64,000 bases of DNA from an uncultured Methanomassiliicoccales archaeon (GCA_963695345.1 OY968769.1:64001-128000), one strand, 5' to 3'; numbered from the stretch's first letter, positions 11,302-22,764 are shown. Notes: generated from the sequence alone by a model not told the origin. Translations and numbers: made by a program.

Positions 11302-12411
11302 TCACCGGAAGTGACAGGCGACAAAGTGCTCGCCACCTTTGTCTATCAGCTGCGGTTCCATCTCCTCGCAGATCGCCTCACGGTACCGACAACGGGTGTG
11401 GAACCGGCATCCAGAGGGCGGATTGGCCGGACTGGGCACGTCGCCGCTCAGGACGATCTTGTCCCGTTTCACTTCCGGGTCGGGTACCGGTATGACGCTG
11501 AGCAGAGCCTCGGTGTACGGATGCAGCGGCTTGCCGAACAGGTCCTCCTTTTTCGCCGACTCCACGATCTTTCCCAGGTACATGACGTTGACCCGGTCGC
11601 ACATGTACCGGATGGTGCTCAGGTCATGGGATATGAACAGATAGGTCAGGTTGAAGTCGGCCTGAAGGTCGTTCAGCATGTTCAGGATCTGGGCCTGCAC
11701 GGAGACGTCCAGCGCCGAGGTCGGCTCGTCCAGCACCACCAGGTCCGGGTTAAGCGCCAGGGCCCGGGCGATGCCGATCCTCTGCCTCTGGCCGCCACTG
11801 AACTCGTGCGGATAGCGGTACATGTGCTCCGGATTGAGACCGACATGCTCCAGCAGGGACTGGACCCGCTCGGTCAGCTCATCGCCGGTGGCGATACCGT
11901 GGACGTGCAGCGGTTCTCCCAGAGTGTCCCTGATCAGCATGCGGGGGTTCAATGAGGAGTACGGGTCCTGGAACACGATCTGCATCTCCCGGCGCAACCG
12001 CCGAAGATCGTCTGGTCTTCGTCTCGCGAGGGAATACTTGTCCCTTATCTCCTCAAGCTCTTCAATTTTAGGCGCTCTGTGGCTGCTCCAGCGGGAGGAT
12101 GATGCGCCGTTCTGTTCCAGCGCGGCCTCTTCCTCCTCCAGTTTGACCACCTTCGACCGGACCTCCGCCGGCATTTTGTAGTAGATATCCCCGTCCGTCG
12201 GTTTGGTGAGCATCAGCATGCATCTGCCGGTGGTGGTCTTCCCGCAACCGGATTCGCCGACCAGTCCGATGGTCTCCCCTTGCCTGATGAAGAAGTCGAT
12301 CCCGTCTATCGCCTTGACCGCTCCCACCTGCTTCTTGAGCAGCCCTCCCCGGAAAGCGAAATGCTTCTTCAATTGCCTGGCCTCGATCAAGATGTCATGG
12401 TCCGCCATCAT
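11302..12411 (-). CDS. Oligopeptide/dipeptide ABC transporter ATPase (OppF/DppF type)
   Basis: GESGCGKTT, FSGGQRQR, LDEPTSALD, C-terminal GCRFHTRC. Confidence 0.92.
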   Translation of the reverse strand: MMADHDILIEARQLKKHFAFRGGLLKKQVGAVKAIDGIDFFIRQGETIGLVGESGCGKTTTGRCMLMLTKPTDGDIYYKMPAEVRSKVVKLEEEEAALEQNGASSSRWSSHRAPKIEELEEIRDKYSLARRRPDDLRRLRREMQIVFQDPYSSLNPRMLIRDTLGEPLHVHGIATGDELTERVQSLLEHVGLNPEHMYRYPHEFSGGQRQRIGIARALALNPDLVVLDEPTSALDVSVQAQILNMLNDLQADFNLTYLFISHDLSTIRYMCDRVNVMYLGKIVESAKKEDLFGKPLHPYTEALLSVIPVPDPEVKRDKIVLSGDVPSPANPPSGCRFHTRCRYREAICEEMEPQLIDKGGEHFVACHFR

Positions 12412-13937
12412 TCCACCCCGTTATAGAGGAAGCAGGCCACGAAATGTCCTGGCCTGACCTCGGTCAGTTCGGGTTTCTTGGCCTTGCAGTTCTGCATCGC
12501 GTAGGGACATCGTGGATGGAAACGGCATCCCGAGGGCGGTTTGACCAGATTGGGGACGCTTCCTTCGATGGTTTCCAGCCTTCCCATGTCGACATTCACC
12601 CTCGGGATGGAGTTCATGAGACCCTGGGTATAGGGGTGGAGCGGTTCCTTGAATATCTCCCGGTTGGTTCCGATCTCGGCAATGGTACCGGCATACATCA
12701 CGCCCACCCGGTCGCAGATCTCCGCCACTACCCCGAGATTGTGGGTTATCATCAGGATGGAGGTTCCGGTCTCCTCCTGCAGATCCTTCATTAGCTTGAG
12801 TATCTGGGCCTGTATGGTCACGTCCAACGCGGTGGTGGGTTCGTCGGCGACGAGCAGGTGGGGTTTGCAGGCCAGCGCCATGGCGATCATCACCCGCTGC
12901 TGCATTCCGCCGGATAGCTCATGCGGATAGGAGCCGACGACATACTCGGGGTCAGGGATGCGTACCAGCCGGAGCATCCGTTCCGCGCGGTCCAGCGCCT
13001 CGGCCTTCATGGGCAGTTCGAAACGGCGGACTATCGGAATCTTCGCCATCAGCCGATAGGACCGCCGGTCCGGGTTCTTGGCCATGTTCTTGTACAGTCC
13101 CCGATACAGACGGTATTCAAAGCCGGATATCGATCTGGTCCGCCTACTGTGGAAGCTTCCGCCGCAGTAAGGGCAGGTCAAGGCACCTTCGGTCAGGACC
13201 GCATGGCAATTTGAGCATACGTCTTCGTTCTTGTCGTTCTTCTCTTTGCTCACTTTCTTGTACTGGTCGACCTTCTTGATCCCTTCCTCGATCTTGTCCA
13301 ACGCGCTCTCGCAGAGCGACTTCTTCTCGTGAAGCAGGAGAACCTCGGAGATCTGGTCCCCCACCTTATACACTGGATTGAGAGCGCTCATGGGCTCCTG
13401 GAATATCATGGAGATGTATTTTCCCCGGATCTTCTGCATGTAGTCCTTGCCTCTTTTCAGGAGGTCGTACCTGGATTCGAGCTGGAGCAGTTCGGCCTTG
13501 AGGTCCTTCACTTTTTGGTCTTCCGGACTGACCTTCGCTTTCTGCAGTGACCCGAGCTCGTCGGTTATCTGCTTGCGTCTTGCCAGCTCCTTCAGGTCCT
13601 TCTCGATCCGAACCAGCTGTGGATCGTCTTTGGAGGCGGTGGGGTGCGACCCCAGGTATCCGGCCTTGGCATCCTCCATCGCCTGGATCGATTCGTCATT
13701 GGCCAGGGGTTTCATGAAATAGATCTGCCCCTTCTCTATTCGACCAGGTGGCTGGGGGATAAGCCTCATCACGGTGTTGGCGGTGACGCTCTTGCCGCAG
13801 CCGGTCTCGCCCACCAGACCAAGGGTCTCTCCCTCATAGATCGTCAGGTTGATCCCGTCCAGGGCTCTGACGATTCCCGCCTGGGTGTAGAAATTCACGT
13901 AGATGTCCTTGATCTCGATCATCGCATCTTTGGACAT
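12408..13937 (-). CDS. Oligopeptide/dipeptide ABC transporter ATPase (OppD/DppD type) with large insertions
   Basis: [33 protein letters not shown]; inserted coiled-coil and CxxC...CxxC segments. Confidence 0.92.
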   Translation of the reverse strand: MSKDAMIEIKDIYVNFYTQAGIVRALDGINLTIYEGETLGLVGETGCGKSVTANTVMRLIPQPPGRIEKGQIYFMKPLANDESIQAMEDAKAGYLGSHPTASKDDPQLVRIEKDLKELARRKQITDELGSLQKAKVSPEDQKVKDLKAELLQLESRYDLLKRGKDYMQKIRGKYISMIFQEPMSALNPVYKVGDQISEVLLLHEKKSLCESALDKIEEGIKKVDQYKKVSKEKNDKNEDVCSNCHAVLTEGALTCPYCGGSFHSRRTRSISGFEYRLYRGLYKNMAKNPDRRSYRLMAKIPIVRRFELPMKAEALDRAERMLRLVRIPDPEYVVGSYPHELSGGMQQRVMIAMALACKPHLLVADEPTTALDVTIQAQILKLMKDLQEETGTSILMITHNLGVVAEICDRVGVMYAGTIAEIGTNREIFKEPLHPYTQGLMNSIPRVNVDMGRLETIEGSVPNLVKPPSGCRFHPRCPYAMQNCKAKKPELTEVRPGHFVACFLYNGVE

Positions 13938-13941
13938 TCAT

Positions 13942-15033
13942 TCACCTCCTCATCCGCGGGTCCAATATGTCTCTCAGAGAATCACCCAGGAGGCTGAATC
14001 CCATGACGAACATGAAAATGAATCCAGCTGGGAAAACCCATGCCCAGTACGGGTTGTACAATGTCCCATTCGGGAAGGGATAGGGGATCTGGGAGAACAT
14101 CATCTGTGAGCCGGCGGAGACCATCCTCCCCCACTCGCAGAGACCCGGGGTGGAGAATCCGATGAAGGATAGCGCGGCGGCCACCAGGACCACGGTACCG
14201 AAGTCCATGGTTATGGAAACAGTGAGCGGGGATATTGTGTTGGGGACGATGTGACGGAACAATATCCTGTTCTTTTTTGCGCCGATGGCACGAGCCGCCT
14301 CCACGTAGGTCGACTCCTTGATAGAGAGGACCTGCCCGCGTATCAATCTCGCATACGACGGCCACCACGTTATCACCAAAGCCAGAATGATGAATTCCAA
14401 TGATTTGCCCAATATCGCGACTATGCCAAGTGCCAGGATAAGGGAGGGTATCGAGAGGAAGACATCGGTCATCCTCATCAGTATCTCATCCAGGACCCCG
14501 CCATAGTAACCGGCGATGGCGCCGACCACCACTCCAATGATCGCGGCGATTCCGACGATCGCCAACGCGATGTAGATCGAGGTCCTTGCTCCCCAGATCG
14601 TCCCGTAGTAGACGTCCTCACCGGACTGGCCAGTACCCCAGACGAAGTTCACGTGTTTGCCCATTGATGATGCCCGTGGCTCCTGGAGGTTTGGCGGTGA
14701 GAGATCGAAGCGATTGATTATCGGATCTGGCTGGGCATTGCCCGACAATGGAGGTGCCAGCCATGGTGCCGCGACGGCAATGAATACGATCGACAGAATG
14801 AGGGCTAGACCAAATATCCCCAACGGATTCTTCCTGAAGACCCTTATGTAATTCTTGAACTCCCTGAGCCGAGGGCGCAATCTGTTGTACGTCTTAGACT
14901 TAAGGGTCTGTTTTTGCCTTATGTCATCGATTGGAACGCAGACCGGTTTTTCCATATCGGCGATTATTGTTTGGTCTTTGTGGCCGCCAGCGGTTCCGTC
15001 TAGTTTCTCCTTCTCATCCTTCTTGAACAGCAT
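13942..15033 (-). CDS. Oligopeptide ABC transporter permease (OppC type)
   Basis: EAA motif YVEAARAIGA, multiple TM helices; start MLFKK at 15033. Confidence 0.9.
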   Translation of the reverse strand: MLFKKDEKEKLDGTAGGHKDQTIIADMEKPVCVPIDDIRQKQTLKSKTYNRLRPRLREFKNYIRVFRKNPLGIFGLALILSIVFIAVAAPWLAPPLSGNAQPDPIINRFDLSPPNLQEPRASSMGKHVNFVWGTGQSGEDVYYGTIWGARTSIYIALAIVGIAAIIGVVVGAIAGYYGGVLDEILMRMTDVFLSIPSLILALGIVAILGKSLEFIILALVITWWPSYARLIRGQVLSIKESTYVEAARAIGAKKNRILFRHIVPNTISPLTVSITMDFGTVVLVAAALSFIGFSTPGLCEWGRMVSAGSQMMFSQIPYPFPNGTLYNPYWAWVFPAGFIFMFVMGFSLLGDSLRDILDPRMRR

Positions 15034-15038
15034 TTGGC

Positions 15039-16067
15039 TCACTCCAGCTTGACCCGCGGGTCCAGGTAGACATACGATAGGTCGACGATAAGATTCGCCA
15101 GGACGAATATGATCGACGTGAACAGAACGAATCCCATGATCGAGGCGGAGTCGAACGTAACCATTGCCCGGGTGGACCACGATCCTAGGCCTGGCCAGGC
15201 GAATATGGTTTCTGTAAGGACCGCGCCGGACAACAGTCCGCCGAACATCATACCCACGACGGTCGTGGTCGGTATCAACGCGTTGCGTCTCGCGTGCTTC
15301 TTCAGTACCACCCTTTCAGGCAGCCCCTTGGAACGGGCGGTCTTCACGTAATCCAGGTTCATTACCTCCAGCATAGAGGATCGCATCAGGCGAGTGATCA
15401 CCGCCAACGAGCTGAAGCTCAGCGCCACTGCCGGCAGAATCAAGTGCTTCAGTGCGTCCAAGAACATCGTCAGGTTGCCGTTCAATAACGAATCGATCAA
15501 GAAGAATCCGGTATAATAGTGCCAACCTGAGGAATACTGGATGAACAGCACATCGTCAAATCGACCAGCCGCCGGCAACAAGTGAAAACTGAAATAGAAA
15601 ACGTATTGCAATAGCAACGCCAGCACGAATATGGGGAGGGAGACTCCGACCAGAGCAAGGACCCGGGTTGAGTGATCGATCGGCCTATCCCTCCTTACGG
15701 CCGACAGGGTACCGAGGAATATGCCCAAAGGAACGGTGATGAAAATGCTGACGAGGGTAAGTTCGAATGTCGCGGGAAAGAAATACAGTATGGTATCAAG
15801 GACCGGGCGGTCCCCGTTGGTAGCTGCCAAGCCCCAGTTTCCTTGGATAACTTGACCAAGCCAAGACAAGTATTGGGTCAGGATGTCATCGTTCAGATGC
15901 AGCATCTGGCGGATCGCTTCCTTTTGAGCCAACGTCATGTTATGGCTGTAGTACATCGCCCCTGGATCCCCTCCAAGCCGCGTCAGAGTGAAAACAACGA
16001 CGGTGATTCCCAGTAGGACAGGTATCAGGAGAAGGATTCTGCGAAGGATGTAGGTTCGCATTTTCAC
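15039..16067 (-). CDS. Oligopeptide ABC transporter permease (OppB type)
   Basis: YILRRILLLIPVL, DYVKTARSKGL, ETIFAWPGLG. Confidence 0.92.
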   Translation of the reverse strand: MKMRTYILRRILLLIPVLLGITVVVFTLTRLGGDPGAMYYSHNMTLAQKEAIRQMLHLNDDILTQYLSWLGQVIQGNWGLAATNGDRPVLDTILYFFPATFELTLVSIFITVPLGIFLGTLSAVRRDRPIDHSTRVLALVGVSLPIFVLALLLQYVFYFSFHLLPAAGRFDDVLFIQYSSGWHYYTGFFLIDSLLNGNLTMFLDALKHLILPAVALSFSSLAVITRLMRSSMLEVMNLDYVKTARSKGLPERVVLKKHARRNALIPTTTVVGMMFGGLLSGAVLTETIFAWPGLGSWSTRAMVTFDSASIMGFVLFTSIIFVLANLIVDLSYVYLDPRVKLE

Positions 16068-16218
16068 GGCGACATCACCCTTTGTTCATCCATATCATAC
16101 TATTAAAGCGTTATCTAAATTTATTAGCATCTGGCTAATGAAAAAATGATATGGGTCAAACTGATTGATAATATAAAAAGAAAAATTTAGAAAAGGTTTG
16201 GTCCGACCCTCCTCGATC

Positions 16219-18651
16219 TTAGGACTTCGAGAAGTGATAATAGATCTGTTCCGAGTACATTGGGTTGAAGATGTACCCTTTCACCCATGTCCTTTCCGCG
16301 TGGAAGTTGGTCGCTATGTCCGTGTAGATGTATATCGCATTCTCGTATGCGGATAAGGATATCTCCGCATACATCTCGCCCCTCTTGGTCTGATTCAGTT
16401 CCTGTGAGGCTGCGATAATCAAGGCATCTAACGTGTCGTTATGTAGACCAAGCGGCCCACCATATATACCGGTCGACAACAGGAATGGCTGTACATAGTC
16501 GTCGGCGTCGGCGTAGTCCGGCATCCATCCCAGGTAGAACAACGGCATATTGCCAGCATCGTTGGCGTTATTGAACGCTGACCATTCCATCGAATTGACA
16601 TTGACGACGATACGGTGGGTAGAGTCCTTCGACGCATTCTCCAGAGCGGCCTTCATCATTAGGCAACCAGCCATACGGTTGGTGTTGTCGGCGTTGTAGT
16701 ACATCTCGATGGTGAACCCATTGTCCCAATAGGAACCGGTGTGCCCTGGTCGCGTGTCATTGGCCAGTTTCAGCTCGGCGACAATCGTATCTGGGTCGTA
16801 CATCTGGTAGGGCGTATCGTTCGTCCATCCGAACATTCCATTGGGAATAACGCTGTTCGGTTGGACCGCTGCACCCTGCAGGACATCCCTTATGTATTTC
16901 TGGTCGTCGAATGCCGCCACGAATGCTTTCCTCAAGTGTATGTCACTGAAGAAGTTGGCAGGTATGTCGCCAATGGCCAAGTTCGGGTCGACGGTGATGT
17001 TCTGGGTCAGACCGATGAAACCGATATTGTATGTGGTCAAGCCCTCGACTATCCTTACATCCGCCCTGTTCCTGACGTCATTGCGGTATTCGGCATTCAC
17101 TGCGATCATGTCAGCATCGCCGCTGAACAGCAACATCTCTCGGGTGGCCTGGCTGCTGATCTGCTTGATCAGGACATGCGCCAACTTGGCTGGTCCTTGC
17201 CAATAGTCGTCGAACCGGTCCAGCCTGATGTACTGCTTCTGTGCCCAGTCGGCCAATTTGAACGGTCCGGTACCCATTATATGGGTGCTCAGATAGGTCG
17301 TCCTGACCCCGAACTGGTCTCCCTGGGGCATGTTCGCCTGGACCCAGGCCTTCTCGGTAACCGAGGCGACCGTATAAGCAAGCCCCTGGATGAACGCAGG
17401 GTATTTGATCGCCAGGTGGAACGTCACGGTCATGTTCGTGTTGTCATAGCTGACGCAGTCATTGATCAATGCGCTGTCGATCGCCACTCCGTTCACATAT
17501 CCCGGGATCAACGCCTGACCCAGGATCCAGCTCGGGGCTCCGAGGTGATTGATCTTCAATGTCCTCTGGATCGAGAATGCCACATCCTCGGGGGTCATGA
17601 CGTTCCCATCGTGGAACTTGACACCAGAGCGGATATGGAAGGTCCAGTTCAGTCCGTCCTCCGATATTCCCCCGTTCTCTACTGTCGGAATCACAGTTGC
17701 CAGAACTGGAATCAGATCGGTCGTGCTCGAACCGTTGTAGAACACCAATGTCTCATAGCAGTTCTGGAGGATCTCATTTCCAGCTGATTCGTAGTCTACC
17801 GCCGGGTCAAGCCATCTGGCATCGCCGTAGGTGGCCACAACAAAGGTATCGGGGTTCTTGACACCTGTGGACATGTCGAGGTCCTTCGGGAGCATTACGA
17901 TCGTTATAGCATACTGTGCTATGGGCGCTTCGGCATGCTTACTCTCAACACCCATGAGAACGGTATAAACGACCCCGTCTCCGGTGAAGGTGTGGTTCTG
18001 AGCACTGGCTGTGGAATAGGTACCAGTAACGAGCGCAGATCCGTCTCCAAACCACCACGTCATGTTTGCTATGTCTGCTTTGGTCAAGACGACCGCGTAG
18101 CCGCTTGCCCCTAGGTCATTTCCCCAGGCTGCTGAGGAAGATCCATCGAACGCAACGGATGCGCCGGTCTTCATGGACGTAACATTTGCCGCTGCGAACG
18201 CGTATGGCCGAGTGGCGTTTGCGACGTCCTTGGCCGGTGTCGTCTGGGGATATGTCACATCCAGAGCGATCAAGCTCTTCCAGTTCGTTCCGCTGTTGCC
18301 TTTATCGTCCTTCACGGTCAACAGTACCAGATACTTACCGGCCATTGTATATTGATGGGTAGTAGAAGGGCCTGTATATCCAAACGTACCGTCACCGAAG
18401 TTCCAAGTATAGTTGTTGATCGTTCCTGTAGCCTTGCTCGCAGCGCCGTTGAAAGTAACGGTCTCAGAAGTCGTTGCGACTGATCGATCCGCTGTCGCTG
18501 ACGCTGTTGCACTTCCCGTTCCTCCAGTGAGGACCAAAGCCGCTCCGATCGCCACGACAAGCAAGATCACGACAACAACAATCGCAATCAATTTTGTACG
18601 GGATTTCTTCGGGCTCTCCTCAATGGGAGGCGATCCAGATGAACCTTCCAT
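16219..18651 (-). CDS. Family-5 substrate-binding protein with an N-terminal membrane anchor and two PKD domains
   Basis: TM helix, WNFGDG/WWFGDG PKD motifs, LDPA, GTGPFKL, GWMPDYAD. Confidence 0.9.
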   Translation of the reverse strand: MEGSSGSPPIEESPKKSRTKLIAIVVVVILLVVAIGAALVLTGGTGSATASATADRSVATTSETVTFNGAASKATGTINNYTWNFGDGTFGYTGPSTTHQYTMAGKYLVLLTVKDDKGNSGTNWKSLIALDVTYPQTTPAKDVANATRPYAFAAANVTSMKTGASVAFDGSSSAAWGNDLGASGYAVVLTKADIANMTWWFGDGSALVTGTYSTASAQNHTFTGDGVVYTVLMGVESKHAEAPIAQYAITIVMLPKDLDMSTGVKNPDTFVVATYGDARWLDPAVDYESAGNEILQNCYETLVFYNGSSTTDLIPVLATVIPTVENGGISEDGLNWTFHIRSGVKFHDGNVMTPEDVAFSIQRTLKINHLGAPSWILGQALIPGYVNGVAIDSALINDCVSYDNTNMTVTFHLAIKYPAFIQGLAYTVASVTEKAWVQANMPQGDQFGVRTTYLSTHIMGTGPFKLADWAQKQYIRLDRFDDYWQGPAKLAHVLIKQISSQATREMLLFSGDADMIAVNAEYRNDVRNRADVRIVEGLTTYNIGFIGLTQNITVDPNLAIGDIPANFFSDIHLRKAFVAAFDDQKYIRDVLQGAAVQPNSVIPNGMFGWTNDTPYQMYDPDTIVAELKLANDTRPGHTGSYWDNGFTIEMYYNADNTNRMAGCLMMKAALENASKDSTHRIVVNVNSMEWSAFNNANDAGNMPLFYLGWMPDYADADDYVQPFLLSTGIYGGPLGLHNDTLDALIIAASQELNQTKRGEMYAEISLSAYENAIYIYTDIATNFHAERTWVKGYIFNPMYSEQIYYHFSKS

Positions 18652-19065
18652 ATGCTTTCCTCCTTTCTCCCATAACAAAACAATCGGGAGATTGACATTT
18701 GATAACAGTTTGAAGCTATTTATAGCTTATCAGTTTTGATAATAAGCGTTTTCTGTTATCCAGTATCCGAAATATGTGCTTAACGATTTCAATTGTGTAT
18801 TTAAATGGCAGTTTTCTCTTTATCAAAAGGAATAATGACACTTTGCACCAAATATTCAATATAAAGCAACAAAACGTCCAAATTATTGGATATAGCATCG
18901 GTTGCATTGGAAAGCGCTTATGAGAATGTTTATATATTAGAATACTCCGGACCAATCGTTATTCTCCCAATTGTAACCTGCTCGGTACATATCGGTTTTT
19001 TTCAGGAAATGAACCTCATTCATGACCGGTTTGATACAATCCTATTGTTGTCAATGTGAAAAGCA

Positions 19066-19731
19066 TCACAGATATTCCATGAGAAGGTCGTCCTTATTGA
19101 CCAATTGTTCGATCAAGCGTTCGGCCCATCTCAATTTCTTGGCCTTGGTCACGATCGATGAACCTTCCTTGACCCTTGGGCGGACCAGGTCGAATCCGAT
19201 GAGCCTTATGTTGTGCGTTCCGAAATGTGCGGCCAAGGCTACTGCCCTGTCACCGTCGGTGAACCCGCCGAAATTCCTGACGGTAGCAAACGGTGTGGAC
19301 TGGGTCGTCAGGACCGCACACCCCTTGACTAAAGGTATGTAACGACGGATTGCCTCGATGTTGTCCCCGTGGGCATGGATGACCATGGTGGCCCCCCCTT
19401 CATTCGCCGACAGGTCCGTCGCGACATCTCCGTCCAGATCGGTGACCACGAAGTCGGGGACCGTGCCTTCATCCAGCAGCAATGCGGTGCCGATCCCCAC
19501 CGTCAGCGTGGTCCCTTTGAGCAGATCAGTGAGCCGGCCTCCGTTCTTCGACGGTCCGGCGATGATCGTGGCGCAGCTTCCGAACATCCCGGTCAGGCAG
19601 ACATCGTCGCATTGGGGGATGTCCGAGGCCAGGGCGGACAGTATTCGCGCCGCCCTCTCGTCCTCCTCCCTGGAGTAGCCGAAATCATCGATGATCTGTT
19701 CGTAGACCGGTTCCCAGTCCTTGAACCCCAT
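19066..19731 (-). CDS. 6-hydroxymethyl-7,8-dihydropterin diphosphokinase, MptE-like (DUF115)
   Basis: VVTDLDG, HAHGDN, NFGGFTDGDRA, KKLRWA motifs. Confidence 0.82.
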   Translation of the reverse strand: MGFKDWEPVYEQIIDDFGYSREEDERAARILSALASDIPQCDDVCLTGMFGSCATIIAGPSKNGGRLTDLLKGTTLTVGIGTALLLDEGTVPDFVVTDLDGDVATDLSANEGGATMVIHAHGDNIEAIRRYIPLVKGCAVLTTQSTPFATVRNFGGFTDGDRAVALAAHFGTHNIRLIGFDLVRPRVKEGSSIVTKAKKLRWAERLIEQLVNKDDLLMEYL

Positions 19732-19740
19732 CCTTCTCCC

Positions 19741-20895
19741 TCAGGCCTCCGGATGACGGACCTGCTCCTTGCTCTCTTCCTTTTGGATGGCCTCTTTCAG
19801 CGTGGTCTTCAGGTTGGTGTTGATCAGCCCGCTGAAACCCATCAGGAGGAAACCAGACAGTATCTCCAGGAAGATGACGTTCTGATTGAGCTTGGAATAT
19901 CCCAGGAAGAACAGGGAGGCATCCAGCGAACCCTGCACTATGAAGCTGATGGCGAAGACGGTGACCGATATCACCAGATAGGCCCAGTATACCTTGCCGG
20001 TGGAGGCGTAATGGCTCACGAACCGCCCGGTCTCGAAGGAGAAGATCGCGAACGCCCACATCCACAGGGTGGCGTTGATGAACAGGAGCACCTTCTGGAC
20101 GATGTCGATGTCCGGGTTGGCGTTGGCCGCCTCGACACCGAAGAACACGCCTATGAAGATGCAGGAGATGGTCAGTATGGCGAACGGGATCATCAGACTA
20201 CCGGAACGGATGGCACGACCGGTGCTGGTATACCAGGATGCAATCCTATCCGCCACCTTGTAGGCGTAGAAGATCAGATAGACGCCCAGGACCAGGGCGA
20301 TGGAGCCGAATGCCATGTCCGATATGAGGCTGATCATGGTGGGGTCCATGTAAAGCTCCACCAGTTTCGGCAACAACGCGAAAATGCCCAGGACGGTCAG
20401 CACCAGTCCGATCGGCGTCAGGACGCGCTTGCGCACCTTGTCGTCCTGCATCATCTTGAGCAGGATGTAATAGGTACCTTCGACCGTGGGCGCCTGTTTC
20501 ACCCAGACGCGGCGCACCGAATCGACCTTGACCCGGGAGAAGACCATCGGATAGATGAACTCGTCCTCCGCCCCGTCGCTGACCAGGACGACCCTCTCCG
20601 GCTTGATCATCTCCAGCACGTTCTCGAGCTGGGTCGCCAATGCCAGATCGGACTCGAAGCCCACCTTCGGGTCGCCGCATATGGTGGCGATCTCCACGTC
20701 CATGCCCTTCTTGGCCATGTCATCGTAGATGCTCAGGGCGGCCAGGACCGTGTTGACGTCGCAGTCCTCGGGGTCCTTCAGGCCCAGCGCGAGGGCTGCC
20801 TCAAGGTTCTCCGTCCTGCCGATGAACGGGCTGTTCATGCCCGCCTTGACGCCGAAATCGTCGTCCCTGTCCACGCTGAGGACCAGTATCTTCAT
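19741..20895 (-). CDS. DUF373 family membrane protein
   Basis: LVLSVDRDDD, DPEDCDVN, VSDGAEDE followed by TM helices. Confidence 0.85.
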   Translation of the reverse strand: MKILVLSVDRDDDFGVKAGMNSPFIGRTENLEAALALGLKDPEDCDVNTVLAALSIYDDMAKKGMDVEIATICGDPKVGFESDLALATQLENVLEMIKPERVVLVSDGAEDEFIYPMVFSRVKVDSVRRVWVKQAPTVEGTYYILLKMMQDDKVRKRVLTPIGLVLTVLGIFALLPKLVELYMDPTMISLISDMAFGSIALVLGVYLIFYAYKVADRIASWYTSTGRAIRSGSLMIPFAILTISCIFIGVFFGVEAANANPDIDIVQKVLLFINATLWMWAFAIFSFETGRFVSHYASTGKVYWAYLVISVTVFAISFIVQGSLDASLFFLGYSKLNQNVIFLEILSGFLLMGFSGLINTNLKTTLKEAIQKEESKEQVRHPEA

Positions 20896-21069
20896 CTATC
20901 CGCTCCATCCAAGTTTTCGCTATATGAAGGTTTTGCTGAGCGTTCGCATCCTGTATGAACGAAGATGGCCAGTCTCCCCGAAATCGAAGGCACAAATGAT
21001 ATGTCTGGATTATCAAAGGATGGAATATGATGCAAAAACAATATAACAGGGAAAGGAATGTAACGACAA

Positions 21070-22065
21070 ATGGACAGGAAGGCCGGATATAAGGAATGCC
21101 CACGCTGCGGTCTTAGGAACAAGCCGTCGGCACTTCAATGCGATTTCTGTGGACTCAGATTCATCGCAGGAGAGGACTGGGATGACAATATCCAGGCACT
21201 GGAAAAGATGGGTGACAATGACGAGAAGGTCCTGGTGGACGAGGACGTGTCCAAGCGTATCGAGGCCACCATAGTCAAGCGGGACAAGTTCGAAACACCC
21301 GTCAAGACCAAGGACAGAGAGCCTGAAAGGCAGAATAGCGTTTATTATGGCAACGTCAAGGAAACGGCAGCGAGCGCTGCCCCTGCCGTTGTTCCACCTG
21401 CACCATCGATAGCGGTCTCCCGGGGAACCGTCATACAGAAGCCTGCGGAGAGCCGCCCGGTGGAGCGCGTCCCAGAGCCGGTCAAGGCAGATCCAGTACC
21501 GGAAAGGATCGTGATTGCGGATCAGCCGATGATGACGGCGCCCGCGCCCGAGCCGAAGATAGAACTTAAGGCATCACCAGTTCCGGAACTTGTTCCCGAC
21601 CCGTCGTCGAAACAGAGACCGACCCATGATCTGGAACCGGTTGCGGAACCGAAGCCTGAAAAGAAGTCGGTACTGAAGCCGTCGAAGGAGAGAAAGGTGG
21701 TAAGGCGGGTGGTGAGGACCAGGCCCCAAGTGCTCACGCCGGTGAAGAGCACTGTCAACAGGACCGCATTGACCGCAGTCCTGGCCCTCGGTGTCATATC
21801 ATACCTGGCAGCCCTCATGTTCGGCGATAGCAGCCTGGGAAGGCCAGGAGGCTGGGCGATGGTCACGGTATCGTCGATGATTGTAGTGGTCGGGGTCGCC
21901 GGGCTCTTCATTCCCGGCCCGGACAGCAAGACCGTCCCGGTTGACGTCCAGAAGCCTGAGGCCAGACCTAACCGGGAAGTCCTCATCTGCCCGAAATGCC
22001 ACGAACTGGTCAAGGAGAGCGACAGGGCCTGCCCGGATTGCGGGGCAGAGTTCCGGGGCGAGTGA
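21070..22065 (+). CDS. Membrane protein with N- and C-terminal double zinc ribbons and a Pro/Glu-rich linker
   Basis: CPRC..CDFC, two TM helices, CPKC..CPDC. Confidence 0.75.
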   Translation: MDRKAGYKECPRCGLRNKPSALQCDFCGLRFIAGEDWDDNIQALEKMGDNDEKVLVDEDVSKRIEATIVKRDKFETPVKTKDREPERQNSVYYGNVKETAASAAPAVVPPAPSIAVSRGTVIQKPAESRPVERVPEPVKADPVPERIVIADQPMMTAPAPEPKIELKASPVPELVPDPSSKQRPTHDLEPVAEPKPEKKSVLKPSKERKVVRRVVRTRPQVLTPVKSTVNRTALTAVLALGVISYLAALMFGDSSLGRPGGWAMVTVSSMIVVVGVAGLFIPGPDSKTVPVDVQKPEARPNREVLICPKCHELVKESDRACPDCGAEFRGE

Positions 22066-22072
22066 CGGTGCT

Positions 22073-22708
22073 ATGAGGGTCACCTGGCACGGCCATTCCT
22101 GTTTTGAGGTGAGAAATGGAGTGACGGTCGTCACCGACCCTCACGACGGCAAGTCCATCGGGGTCAAGCCGCCGGTCGTCAAGGCGGACGTCGTTCTCAT
22201 CAGCCACGAACATTTCGATCACAACTGCGCCCGCATCGTGCGGGGCGATTTCAAATGCGTCAGGGAATCCGGCCAGCGGACCGAGCGGGGTGTGGACATT
22301 TTAGGAGTTCCCGCCTTCCATGACGACTGCGGCGGAGCCAAACGCGGCAAGATCAACATCTACCGGTTCACCTTGAACGGCGTGGTGTTCTGCCACCTGG
22401 GAGACCTGGGCCACATGCTGGACCCGGAGACGGTGGCGGCGCTCCAGCCGGTGGACGTCCTTTTCCTACCGGTGGGCGGGGTCTTCACCATCGACGGTAA
22501 GCAGGCCCGCGAGCTGATCGGGATACTAAAGCCCAAGGTGGCGATCCCGATGCACTTCCGCATCGGTGGTCTATCGATGTCCATTCACACCATCGATGAT
22601 TTCCTCGAGGGGCTGCCGGAGGACAAGGTCGTCCGGGTCGGGAACGAGATCGAGTTCATGCCCGACGAACTGCCCAACGCGACCGCATATTGGATCTTCT
22701 CGCCCTAG
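22073..22708 (+). CDS. MBL-fold metallo-hydrolase
   Basis: WHGHSCF, SHEHFDH, HLGDLGH, IPMHF. Confidence 0.88.
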   Translation: MRVTWHGHSCFEVRNGVTVVTDPHDGKSIGVKPPVVKADVVLISHEHFDHNCARIVRGDFKCVRESGQRTERGVDILGVPAFHDDCGGAKRGKINIYRFTLNGVVFCHLGDLGHMLDPETVAALQPVDVLFLPVGGVFTIDGKQARELIGILKPKVAIPMHFRIGGLSMSIHTIDDFLEGLPEDKVVRVGNEIEFMPDELPNATAYWIFSP

Positions 22709-22764
22709 GGCGGCAGAGCATCATTTCTAGAATAGTATCGGAAAAAAAGGAATGGCCGGGACGA

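Noticed and set aside
18700-19060. AT-rich gap upstream of the ABC operon with short ORFs
   Set aside because: Looks like promoter DNA; the short ORFs lack coding character and I found no repeat array
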